Below the pieces are notes generated by a model that worked only from the letters and a program-made list of their open reading frames with translations, had not been told where the DNA came from and searched no databases. Of a stretch of 64,000 nt of DNA, positions 1 to 8,095 are shown piece after piece. Both the position numbers and the translations under genes were made by a program. The stretch comes from Candidatus Levyibacteriota bacterium (GTDB taxonomy: Bacteria; Patescibacteriota; Microgenomatia; Levybacterales; UBA12049), in NCBI GenBank assembly GCA_016182235.1, contig JACOXT010000003.1, positions 66,209 through 130,208 of the forward strand, written 5' to 3'. Each line of letters starts with the position of its first letter. Position 1 is the first letter of the stretch.

Positions 1-905
1 TAATTATAGCAGATGAGATAGAAGGCGAAGCATTAGCGACTTTAGTTGTAAATAAATTAAGGGGAACATTTAACACAATCGCAATTAAAGCTCCCGGATT
101 TGGAGACAGGCGCAAGGAAATGCTTGAAGATATCGCTATTCTGACCGGCGGAGCTGTTATCTCAGAAGATACAGGGCGTAAGTTTGAAAATGTGACAATT
201 GAGGATTGCGGACGAGCAGATAAGGTGTGGGCGGATAAAGAAAATGCACGAATTATTGGCGGAAAGGGAGAAGCCGGAAAAATAAAAGCAAGAATTGCTC
301 AGACAAGACGCGCAATTGAAGAGACTACATCTGATTTTGATAAAGAGAAATTACAGGAAAGATTGGCAAAACTAGCTGGCGGAGTCGCTGTTATAAATGT
401 TGGAGCTGCGACAGAAGTTGAAATGAAAGACAGGAAAGAAAGAGTTAATGATGCAGTGTCGGCAACAAAGGCAGCTTTGGAAGAAGGTATTGTTCCGGGA
501 GGAGGAGTGTCGCTTCTTCGTGCAAGAAAGGCTCTTCTAAAACTTAAAAATAGTCTGGCGTTGGATGATGAAAAGATTGGCGTAGATATTCTTTATGTCT
601 CACTTGCAGATCCTGCAAGATGGATCGCAAAAAACGCGGGAGCTGATGAAGGATGGGTTGTGAAGCATTTGGAAGATTCAAAAATTGCCGATTATGGTTT
701 TAACGTTATGACAATGGAGTTTGGATCAATGTTGGCCTCCGGAATTGTTGATCCTGCAAAAGTAACCCGTTCTGCAGTACAAAACGCTGCAAGTATTGGA
801 ATGATGGTATTGACAACAGAAGCTCTAATTACCGATCTTCCTGAGAAAAAAGAAGCCGCAATGCCAGGAATGCCTCCAGGGGGCATGGGCGGAATGGATT
901 ACTAA
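1..905 (+). CDS. groL: Chaperonin GroEL, C-terminal part (5' end outside window)
   Basis: The frame of ORF 120..905 stays open back to base 3 ([50 protein letters not shown]...). This is textbook GroEL sequence ending in the Gly/Met tail [14 protein letters not shown]. Confidence 0.97.
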   Translation, partial: IIADEIEGEALATLVVNKLRGTFNTIAIKAPGFGDRRKEMLEDIAILTGGAVISEDTGRKFENVTIEDCGRADKVWADKENARIIGGKGEAGKIKARIAQTRRAIEETTSDFDKEKLQERLAKLAGGVAVINVGAATEVEMKDRKERVNDAVSATKAALEEGIVPGGGVSLLRARKALLKLKNSLALDDEKIGVDILYVSLADPARWIAKNAGADEGWVVKHLEDSKIADYGFNVMTMEFGSMLASGIVDPAKVTRSAVQNAASIGMMVLTTEALITDLPEKKEAAMPGMPPGGMGGMDY

Positions 906-918
906 TCTTCTCTTCGTC

Positions 919-948
919 ATCCTGAACTCGTTTCAGGATCTTCTTTTT
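919..948 (+). terminator. Hairpin ATCCTGAA-ctcgt-TTCAGGAT plus T-rich tract; probable groEL terminator built from a dispersed repeat
   Basis: Perfect 8-bp stem 919-926/932-939 followed by cttcttttt. The same element recurs at 18756-18776. Confidence 0.6.
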
Positions 949-974
949 GACAAAACAATTTAATATGATATAAT
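947..974 (+). promoter_or_regulatory. Sigma70-like promoter of the proB leader
   Basis: TTGACA 947-952, 16-nt spacer, extended -10 TGaTATAAT 966-974. Confidence 0.65.
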
Positions 975-980
975 CTGTTG

Positions 981-1248
981 TACAGTTTAGTTATAAAGCG
1001 TTTGAGTTTAGTTTCCTGCTAAACAAGCTGATTGCGAAAAGCAATACGGAAGCAAACCGTAAAATATAAGCAAAGCGTGTCGGCAAAGCGGAGCGCTTAC
1101 TAAATAAGAGTTATCTTGTTTAACGTTTGCTCCCCGTCATTGCGGGGATTTTTTATGGCAAGATAGCTAAAGCAAGGTGGTATCACGGGTACAGACCGTC
1201 CTTGCAAGAATCTAACATTTTGTTGGGTTTTTGTAAGGGCGGTTTTTT
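981..1248 (+). promoter_or_regulatory. T-box riboswitch leader (antiterminator/terminator switch), probably tRNA-Pro responsive
   Basis: The T-box sequence AAGGUGGUAUCACGG (1174-1188) is close to the consensus AGGGUGGUACCGCGG. Helix A1 is 1172-1177/1200-1205, the 7-nt bulge UGGUAUC is 1178-1184, and helix A2 is 1185-1188/1196-1199. A competing terminator pairs 1196-1205 with 1233-1242 and is followed by U6 at 1243-1248. A Stem III-like hairpin lies at 1132-1147. Confidence 0.8.
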
Positions 1249-1271
1249 ATCGCCTGAAAGGGGAGTTAATT

Positions 1272-2036
1272 ATGGGAAATCATCAAGAAAGAGAAATAGG
1301 ATTTCATTTAGAGCAAGAAAGGTTTGTTACCAGAAGAATGGTTGTTAAAATAGGAAGCAGCACTATAACTGGCAACACGGAGAATCTTGATGTTAATTTT
1401 ATGGAAAACATCGCCAGACAAGTCAGCTTACTATTTAATCAGGGCATAGAGGTCATGATAGTGACTTCAGGCGCTGTTATAAGTGGAAAGAGAGGTCTAG
1501 GTAGAGTTGATACAGTTCTTGATAAGCAAGTAGCTGCTCTGTATGGACAACCAGAGTTAATTAGCGAGTGGAGAAAAACTTTAAACAATAACGGAGTTAA
1601 AAAGGTGGGACAATTGTTGGTTACGGACATTGATCTTAGGAATGTCAAGACAATTTTAAGCAAATCTTTGCATTTTGGAGTAGTCGTAGTAAATGCAAAC
1701 GATCCTGTTAATAATTACGAGATGAAACAATTCTTAGTTTCTGCAGATAATGATAGATTAGCAGGATTTATTGCAAAGGAAATAGATGCTGATACGTTAC
1801 TTCTCCTAACAGACGTAGATGGAGTTTTAGATAAAAGTGGAAAAGTTATCAATAATTTCTCTACAAAAGAAGAAATAGTAATCTTTTCTGCATCAAGTCT
1901 TGGAACTGGAGGTATGTCTTCAAAAATTCAAGTCGCTCAGGAATTTATCGGAAGAGCAATTATTGCTAATGGAAGATCTGAAAATGTTTTATTAAAAGTT
2001 GCTAGGGGAGAAGAAGTTGGAACACAATTCCATTAA
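1272..2036 (+). CDS. proB: Glutamate 5-kinase (short form, no PUA domain)
   Basis: Amino-acid-kinase motifs VVKIGSSTITG, VTSGAVISGK, NANDPV, ADNDRLAGFIA, LLLLTDVDGV and GTGGMSSKIQVA are present. The SD aaaggggag lies 6 nt before ATG 1272. Confidence 0.85.
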   Translation: MGNHQEREIGFHLEQERFVTRRMVVKIGSSTITGNTENLDVNFMENIARQVSLLFNQGIEVMIVTSGAVISGKRGLGRVDTVLDKQVAALYGQPELISEWRKTLNNNGVKKVGQLLVTDIDLRNVKTILSKSLHFGVVVVNANDPVNNYEMKQFLVSADNDRLAGFIAKEIDADTLLLLTDVDGVLDKSGKVINNFSTKEEIVIFSASSLGTGGMSSKIQVAQEFIGRAIIANGRSENVLLKVARGEEVGTQFH

Positions 2037-2368
2037 AATAATTTAGTTCCTATTTTAGCGTCTCTGTCAGGACGTACCAGAACAACTTTTCCTTCCTCGT
2101 TTGCAACTCCGACTGTTAAGACTTCCGACATAAAGGGACCAATTTGTTTTGGGGGGAAATTTACAACACCCATAACCAAAATTCCTTCTAATTCTTCTTT
2201 GTTATAAAGATCAACAACTTGAACACTTGATTTCTTGATTCCAATTTCTGGACCAAAATCAATAGTCAGTTTATATGCGGGTTTTCTAGCTTCTGGAAAG
2301 TCCTCAACTTCTATAACTTTTCCAACCCTAATATCAACTTTTTCAAAATCACTATAGTTTATTTGCAT
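2033..2368 (-). CDS. Stand-alone tRNA-binding domain protein (CsaA/Trbp111-like)
   Basis: MQINYSDFEKVDIRVGKVIEVEDFPEARKPAYKLTIDFGPEIG... is the OB-fold tRNA-binding domain also found at MetRS C-termini. The MetRS in this window lacks that domain. Confidence 0.85.
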   Translation of the reverse strand: MQINYSDFEKVDIRVGKVIEVEDFPEARKPAYKLTIDFGPEIGIKKSSVQVVDLYNKEELEGILVMGVVNFPPKQIGPFMSEVLTVGVANEEGKVVLVRPDRDAKIGTKLF

Positions 2369-2375
2369 GATTAAA

Positions 2376-2384
2376 ATTATATCA
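2376..2384 (-). promoter_or_regulatory. Extended -10 (TGaTATAAT) 7 nt upstream of the csaA-like ATG; leaderless-type promoter
   Basis: The minus strand reads tgatataat-tttaatc-ATG. The -35 region falls inside the groEL-tail relic. Confidence 0.5.
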
Positions 2385-2446
2385 TGAAAAAAGATGCTGC
2401 AATGCGGGGAATGCCTCCAGGGGGCATGGGCGGAATGGACTACTAA
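2384..2446 (+). pseudogene. Displaced relic of a groEL 3' end ([20 protein letters not shown])
   Basis: By hand alignment, 63 nt align with groEL 843-905 at 56/63 identity, in the same orientation and frame, with its own TAA. Confidence 0.85.
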
Positions 2447-2451
2447 AAAGG

Positions 2452-3354
2452 TTAATTAGATGGGGCTTTCATCCTCTTTACTCTATAGCGTCTGTAGAGA
2501 ATATAGATTAGAATAACTGCCGCAATCAATGGAGAATAGACTGCGAGCCAGATGAGGGCTTCAGCTCCAATCCTTAAATTGTCCAAAAGACTTCTTACTG
2601 CATATTTAAAGACAACACCTGGACGGAATGCCTTATCTGGAGTGTAAGGAAGCGCGAGTTCATCGGTTGAAAGGTAAATTGTGATCTTTGACAACTGCGC
2701 GTTTTTCTCGATTGCCTGCTGTTGTCCCCTGAGCGCGTCAATCTGGTCTTGCAAATTAATAAGCTCTCTTTGAACAGTTAAAATATCTTGAACATTAACT
2801 GCTTTATCTAAAATATCCTCAAACTTCACCTGCGTTTTTCTCAAAGTTGCTAATCTTGCTTCTATATCAGTATATTCTTGTGTTACATCGGTACCAACTA
2901 AGTTTTCACTAGTTACTTTAACTGCCAAATTTCTAAAGTAAGAAAGTGTTTGATCTAACTTATCAGTAGGCACGCGTACGGTAATGCTTGCAAAAGGAGA
3001 CTCAGTCGGTCTTGTATAGGATGTGTAAACCATATATCCGCCGTTATCTTTTACATAGGAAAGAATTTGATCACCGGTTTGGCGTACATCCTGAACAAGA
3101 AGAGATATGTTAGATTCTTGTATTACTACTCGATTGCTGGAAACATCAAAACTCTCGATAGACTTTGATTGGGAAAATTCTGGAGCGACTCCACCAATTC
3201 CAGCTTGCGGTAGAGCTTGGGGGTAATCTATATTTTGAAGTGTTCTATATTGAGAAAAAGGAGTGATGCCATTGTTTTTGAGATAAAGATAAATTATTAC
3301 AACAAGAAGAGTGATTATTAACTTGTGTGTTTTAACCCAACTAATTAGCGCCAT
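2452..3354 (-). CDS. DUF4349-like membrane-anchored protein
   Basis: It has an N-terminal TM segment, a coiled-coil region (EARLATLRKTQVKFEDILDK...LINLQDQIDALRGQQQAIEKNAQ) and a C-terminal TM segment, which is typical DUF4349 layout. ATG 3354 is preferred over the ORF-track start 3408 because a promoter sits between them. Confidence 0.75.
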   Translation of the reverse strand: MALISWVKTHKLIITLLVVIIYLYLKNNGITPFSQYRTLQNIDYPQALPQAGIGGVAPEFSQSKSIESFDVSSNRVVIQESNISLLVQDVRQTGDQILSYVKDNGGYMVYTSYTRPTESPFASITVRVPTDKLDQTLSYFRNLAVKVTSENLVGTDVTQEYTDIEARLATLRKTQVKFEDILDKAVNVQDILTVQRELINLQDQIDALRGQQQAIEKNAQLSKITIYLSTDELALPYTPDKAFRPGVVFKYAVRSLLDNLRIGAEALIWLAVYSPLIAAVILIYILYRRYRVKRMKAPSN

Positions 3355-3361
3355 TAATCTT

Positions 3362-3390
3362 AATATAATACTGTAGTTTGTAATTTGCAA
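3362..3390 (-). promoter_or_regulatory. Promoter TTGCAA-17-TATATT, 7 nt upstream of ATG 3354
   Basis: The minus strand reads ttgcaa attacaaactacagtat tatatt aagatta ATG. Confidence 0.55.
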
Positions 3391-3428
3391 TAGCCTATAA
3401 AAGAGCATCTGTTATAATATTTTGATTG

Positions 3429-4268
3429 ATGAAAAAGGTTATGCTGCTTACTATTCCACTAGTTGTGGCGGTAATTGTTTTTTTTGCCGTCTTATTTTAT
3501 ATAAACGAAAATTCTGCAAAAGGAGCGCTAAATGTCACTTCTGAGCCCAAAAGTGAGGTCTATTTAAATAGTAAATTGGTTGGTGATACTCCGCTTTGTT
3601 TATGCGAGCCTCCTCAAATGCTTGCCATTGGAGAGTATTCTGTCAAACTTATTCCCAAAGATACAGGTTTTAAACCTTTTGAAGAGAAAATTACAATCAA
3701 TAAATCTACTCTTACATCTGTGGAGAGAATTTTTTCCAAAGAAGAGGATAGGTCTGAAGGAACCGTAGTAACCTTGTCGAGTCTACCTAACAAAAGAGAT
3801 ATTGAGATTTTGGCGGAATCAGTACCCTTAGGAGCGAATGTTTTTTTGAACAATAGTCCAATTGGCAAAACGCCACTGCTTTTGAAAAAAGTAAGCGAAG
3901 GAGACCACGATCTTAGAATTATTCAGGAAGGATTTAAAGACAAATTAATAAAAATTAATACAGCATTAGGCTATAGACTTACTTCAAGGGTTTTTTTAGG
4001 AATCAGTGATTTGGCTAATAATCTTGCAACTCCATCAGGAGAAGTTGCTTCTTCTTCGGCAAAAGTTACTCCAACAATTTTAATACTTGATACGCCTACA
4101 GGATTTTTGAGAGTTAGGGAAAGTACCTCTACAGCCTCCTTAGAGATTGGTAGGGTTCTTCCCGGAGAAACCTATGAACTTTCGGATGAGAAAAGCGGTT
4201 GGTTTGAGATACAATTTGATGATGAAAAAAAAGGTTGGATAAGCAGTCAATATGCAGAGAAGCAGTAA
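3429..4268 (+). CDS. Membrane-anchored protein with two PEGA-like domains and a C-terminal bacterial SH3-like domain
   Basis: It has an N-terminal TM segment, PEGA-like segments (SEPKSEVYLNSKLVGDTPL; VPLGANVFLNNSPIGKTPLLL) and the C-terminal segment FLRVRES...GWFEIQFDDEKKGWISSQY. An extended -10 TGtTATAAT at 3410-3418 lies 10 nt before ATG 3429. Confidence 0.7.
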   Translation: MKKVMLLTIPLVVAVIVFFAVLFYINENSAKGALNVTSEPKSEVYLNSKLVGDTPLCLCEPPQMLAIGEYSVKLIPKDTGFKPFEEKITINKSTLTSVERIFSKEEDRSEGTVVTLSSLPNKRDIEILAESVPLGANVFLNNSPIGKTPLLLKKVSEGDHDLRIIQEGFKDKLIKINTALGYRLTSRVFLGISDLANNLATPSGEVASSSAKVTPTILILDTPTGFLRVRESTSTASLEIGRVLPGETYELSDEKSGWFEIQFDDEKKGWISSQYAEKQ

Positions 4269-4270
4269 AT

Positions 4271-5215
4271 TTACGAACCTAGGAAGTAGATTATAGCAAT
4301 TACGAGAACTGCCCAGATTATAGCGGCTGTTAGGAGCGGTTTATCTGAGAGGAGTACTCTTTCCGGGCTTTCACCCTCGCGTTTCTCATAAATATCCTGC
4401 AGATAGCGCATAAGACCATAAACAACCGGGATAATTGTGATCATAAGCCACTTTCTTTGAAAAAATGCCGGAAGAAAATCTGGCAGAAGGACGCTTATTC
4501 CAAGCTTGAATCCGACTGGGTTTTCCAAAAAAGTAAAAAGCGCGTAAGAGACGAAAGTCGAAGTTGCAAATATGGACGCATAGACATCAAGGAGTCTTTC
4601 GGAATAATGTGACAATGTTTTCCTAATATCTGCTATATTTAGTGATTTATTTTGGGAAACAAGCGTTAGTTCGGATCTTCGTTTGCCAATAGCTAAGAAC
4701 AGAGAAAGTGATATGGTTGTGAGAAGTAACCAGACGGAAATATGAAATCCTCCAGCAAACTCTCCGGCGTAAACTCTTAGTATGTAGCCCGAAGCAATTG
4801 CAAGAATATCAACAACCGGAATTGCTTTTAGGACTGTTGAGTAGTAAAGCTGTATTAATAAATATATAACCGTTGACGCGAAGAATGCCGGGGTTACTGT
4901 AAAAGCTATAACTAAGGAGACAGTTGTCAGTAACACCGCAACTACCAAGGCATAAGGCACAGATAAATCTTGGTGAGCCAGTGGACGGAATCTTTTAAAG
5001 GGATGGAGTCTGTCTTTTTTTATATCAAAGATGTCGTTAACTATATATATTGCAGAGGAGAGTATGCAAAAAACAAAAAAAGCAATTAGTACTTTTTGTA
5101 AAGATGTCCAGTCAAAAAGTTCTCCTGAGAATATTATTGCGGCAAATATTGCAACATTTTTTATCCATTGCCTTGGCCTTAGAAGTTTTAAAGTATTAAA
5201 TGCTATTTTTATCAT
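4271..5215 (-). CDS. UbiA-family polyprenyl-phosphate phosphoribosyltransferase-like protein (DPPR synthase-like)
   Basis: RPRQWIKN, NDIFDIKKDRLHPFKRFRPLA (NDxxDxxxD) and a polytopic membrane profile. Confidence 0.8.
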   Translation of the reverse strand: MIKIAFNTLKLLRPRQWIKNVAIFAAIIFSGELFDWTSLQKVLIAFFVFCILSSAIYIVNDIFDIKKDRLHPFKRFRPLAHQDLSVPYALVVAVLLTTVSLVIAFTVTPAFFASTVIYLLIQLYYSTVLKAIPVVDILAIASGYILRVYAGEFAGGFHISVWLLLTTISLSLFLAIGKRRSELTLVSQNKSLNIADIRKTLSHYSERLLDVYASIFATSTFVSYALFTFLENPVGFKLGISVLLPDFLPAFFQRKWLMITIIPVVYGLMRYLQDIYEKREGESPERVLLSDKPLLTAAIIWAVLVIAIIYFLGS

Positions 5216-6266
5216 AGGTGTTTTTCAGAGCCCGATGTAAAAAGAGCAATGTTCCACCTACCAGAATTAGAAGCATTATAATCGCAAAAAGTTTGGCTTT
5301 GCTTGATAAAACTAATGCGAGCGCTCCTAATATACCAGAAACAATCCAATAAAACAATGCAATACGTCTTTGTCCCATCCCAAGACTTAAAAGTAAATGG
5401 TGAAGATGTTTTTTATCGTGCCAAAAAGGCGAGCGTCCCGCTAGAAGACGTCGAATAATTGTGAATATCCCATCGGTCATAGGTACACCCATTACTAAAA
5501 TAGCAGTTGCCAATTTTGCTCCAGAAAGAATAGATGCAGCACTTAACAAAAGATATATTGCAGTTGCCCCGTAGCCAGGGAATATTTTTGCAGGATAGAA
5601 ATTGAAAATAAGAAACCCCATAGATGCGCCTGCAATTATGAAAGAAAGAGTCGCAGTTGTTGTATTTGTTTGATCAAGAGGTGAAAATCTAAGACTTAAA
5701 ACCCCGATGATAACTGCCGATATGGCAACAATTCCAGGCATTTGTCCGTCCACTCCCTTACTCCAGTTCAACATATTCATTACCCAAACTATCCAAAGCA
5801 TTGCAAGAATATCAGAAAGAACGAAAACTTGGTGAAGTCCAAAAAAATCTAAAGGGATTTTAATTATATCTAGAAAAATCACTCCTCCAAAAGGATTGGT
5901 GATAAACGGAATACTTATTCCGCTCCCAACAACAATTCCTGACACGACTATGTTTGTAATGAAACGCGCATATGGAGAAATATCGTACTTGTCATCGATA
6001 ACGCCCACAATAAGAGCAATTAAGGATGCGACGAAAAGTGCAATCACTATTTTTGTTAACGGCAGAAGAAGAATTCCGGTTATAAAAACTCCAATAAAAA
6101 GGGGAATTCCTCCGCCCCTTGGAATGGGTTTGGAGTGGATGACCCCTGGGTGTTTATGTCGATTCGGATCATCCAGTAGTCCAACCTTTTTAATCAAGGA
6201 TATAGATATAAAAGTGACTATTGTTGTTACGAGGAAGGAGAATATAAGCGCAATTATAAAAACCAT
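5196..6266 (-). CDS. Glycosyltransferase family 4 (MraY/WecA-type polyprenyl-phosphate sugar-1-phosphate transferase)
   Basis: It carries DDKYDISP, NMLNWSKGVDGQ and a polytopic membrane profile. It is too short and divergent to call MraY itself. Confidence 0.8.
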   Translation of the reverse strand: MVFIIALIFSFLVTTIVTFISISLIKKVGLLDDPNRHKHPGVIHSKPIPRGGGIPLFIGVFITGILLLPLTKIVIALFVASLIALIVGVIDDKYDISPYARFITNIVVSGIVVGSGISIPFITNPFGGVIFLDIIKIPLDFFGLHQVFVLSDILAMLWIVWVMNMLNWSKGVDGQMPGIVAISAVIIGVLSLRFSPLDQTNTTTATLSFIIAGASMGFLIFNFYPAKIFPGYGATAIYLLLSAASILSGAKLATAILVMGVPMTDGIFTIIRRLLAGRSPFWHDKKHLHHLLLSLGMGQRRIALFYWIVSGILGALALVLSSKAKLFAIIMLLILVGGTLLFLHRALKNTYDKNSI

Positions 6267-6267
6267 A

Positions 6268-6633
6268 CTAGAGAATTAGTATAATAGTTTTCACAATGAA
6301 AAGAAAAGTAAGAATTGTAACAAGAAGAGATGTTCCCGCAAACATGCGCGACACAAGGGGAATTTTTTTGTAAACTAGAGCTGAGGCAATTAAATTTAAG
6401 ACAAAAATTGAAGTGGCTGTTAAGATAGGTACGAATATTGCTATAGTTCTCCCTAACCTTTCTTCTCCCCATGGAAGTTGGTTAAAAATTGGAACAAAAG
6501 GAGGAAGTTTTCCGTAGAAAAATAAAGTAAGTATAAGGGTAACAATTATAAGCGCTAGCGAAGTGAAGAAGCCTATATTTGTGGTTTTGTCACTCCTCAC
6601 ATCTTTAAAGAATTCTTTCATAAATTGAGGCAT
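6268..6633 (-). CDS. Small integral membrane protein, unknown function
   Basis: A 121-aa ORF with 3-4 hydrophobic helices, packed tightly within the glycosylation cluster. Confidence 0.5.
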   Translation of the reverse strand: MPQFMKEFFKDVRSDKTTNIGFFTSLALIIVTLILTLFFYGKLPPFVPIFNQLPWGEERLGRTIAIFVPILTATSIFVLNLIASALVYKKIPLVSRMFAGTSLLVTILTFLFIVKTIILIL

Positions 6634-8089
6634 TATTTATTTCTACCTTTTTGGAATAGTTTATTAATGAAAAAGGGATTGGTTTTTGATTTGACATATT
6701 TACAATAAATTTGGGCCTTGTGCTTTCCAATGCATTTTTCGTGGCAGATATGCCATCTTTATAATTTGTCATATGATAGCCAACAACATATTTTGTAAAA
6801 GGCGGAACATCTATCAATTTATACACCTGAGCATTATTGCCCCAGACAAAGACCTTGTCATTTGTCTCTACCCTTGGCTTAATAAAGAGTGCTATTTCGT
6901 AATCTGAAGGAGTATTTCTATCAAAAAACGCCTGATAACTAAAAGTACTTTTTTGGCCTATTATATAGGAAACAAAATTTGGGTAGTATAAAAATGATTT
7001 CGTAAAGCTGTAAAGTCTAAAATTTTTAATTGTAATTAGGAGTACTACAAACAAAAGTAGCAATATTATTTTTTGATATTTTTTCGCCGAGAAAATAAGG
7101 CCTACCAAAAGCGATAAACTGGGAAGTAGAACTAAAACATAATGGGTATATGGTCGTTGAGAGAAAAAGGCATTAAATAAGGAAAAAGCAAGCCAGATGA
7201 ATATAAAGATCATCGTTTTGTCTAAAACATGCCTCTTAGAGTAAATATATGTAACAGATCCTAGCAAGAGAAGGCCTTTTATAAAAAGGAGAACTGGCAA
7301 GTTCCAAATTTTGTTTCCGTAACCTACATATGGGATATTCGTAAAAAGCGTTGCGTTTAGGAAATCTAAAAATGCCCCTTTTATAAGAAAAAATATTGAA
7401 GTTATAACTATGGGAAGAAGAAATCCTGCAAAAAGAAGCTTAAACTCTTTAAAAATAGTTTTTATATTTTTAATAGAAATATGTTTTGAAATAACCAAGA
7501 AAACAAAAATTGCGGCAAAATCAAAAGTGGCAACAATCTTAACAAGAAACGCAAGGCTAAGAAGAATCCCAATAATAAAAAGTATATAGGATTTTTGGTT
7601 TGTTTCAAGAGGTTTTCTAGTCATATGGACAGTTAGAAAAGCGGCTATGATAATTGGAAGAAGCATGAAGTTTTCAGCGTTAGCAATATTTCCTTCGATA
7701 AGGGGAAGACCAAAAAGAAAAGCAAATATTGAAGTTGAAAGATAAATAGGAATATTAGAATTTTTAAAACTGTAGAAAAGTTTTTTTGCAAGAAGGAAAA
7801 AAAATATGATAGACAAAATACCAAAAGTTGAAGATAAAAGTTTTATAAGAAACAGATTGGACTGGAAGATGGAATAAATAATATATAATAATGGAGGTTT
7901 GTTGTCGAATATATCACGATATAATAACAGGCCATTATTTAGAGACATTCCCACAGCATGATATACCCCTTCGTCTCCGTACCAATAAGGTTCAAAAAGT
8001 GATGGAAATCTAAGAAGATAGAACAAGAAAGAAGTAATTATGATAAACCAAAATTCAGTGTTTTTTTCAAGCACCTTAAGGATTTTCAT
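6605..8089 (-). CDS. Polytopic membrane glycosyltransferase, GT39/GT83 (ArnT/PMT)-like
   Basis: It has the N-terminal loop EPYWYGDEGVYHAVGMSL with a DE motif, more than 10 TM helices and a soluble C-terminal domain. Confidence 0.65.
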   Translation of the reverse strand: MKILKVLEKNTEFWFIIITSFLFYLLRFPSLFEPYWYGDEGVYHAVGMSLNNGLLLYRDIFDNKPPLLYIIYSIFQSNLFLIKLLSSTFGILSIIFFFLLAKKLFYSFKNSNIPIYLSTSIFAFLFGLPLIEGNIANAENFMLLPIIIAAFLTVHMTRKPLETNQKSYILFIIGILLSLAFLVKIVATFDFAAIFVFLVISKHISIKNIKTIFKEFKLLFAGFLLPIVITSIFFLIKGAFLDFLNATLFTNIPYVGYGNKIWNLPVLLFIKGLLLLGSVTYIYSKRHVLDKTMIFIFIWLAFSLFNAFFSQRPYTHYVLVLLPSLSLLVGLIFSAKKYQKIILLLLFVVLLITIKNFRLYSFTKSFLYYPNFVSYIIGQKSTFSYQAFFDRNTPSDYEIALFIKPRVETNDKVFVWGNNAQVYKLIDVPPFTKYVVGYHMTNYKDGISATKNALESTRPKFIVNMSNQKPIPFSLINYSKKVEINNASIYERIL

Positions 8090-8095
8090 AGAGCC

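Noticed and set aside
1132-1154. GC hairpin (ccccg-tcattg-cgggg) followed by a T-run, considered as an independent terminator or the end of a separate sRNA
   Set aside because: The stem is only 5 bp and the position matches Stem III of a T-box leader. It is kept as part of the riboswitch, though premature termination here cannot be excluded.
1127-1348. 73-aa ORF overlapping the proB leader and start
   Set aside because: It lies entirely within the T-box antiterminator/terminator structure and runs into proB in another frame. It has no SD and an implausible composition.
2384-2446. 20-codon ATG-initiated mini-ORF, considered as a genuine micropeptide
   Set aside because: Its sequence is simply the groEL C-terminal tail. 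It has no SD or promoter of its own, and the opposite strand carries the csaA-like promoter.
5896-6279. 127-aa plus-strand ORF antisense to the GT4 transferase gene (also 5031..5240, 8945..9145, 11378..11677)
   Set aside because: It lies entirely within well-supported minus-strand genes, with no promoter or SD and a low-complexity translation.
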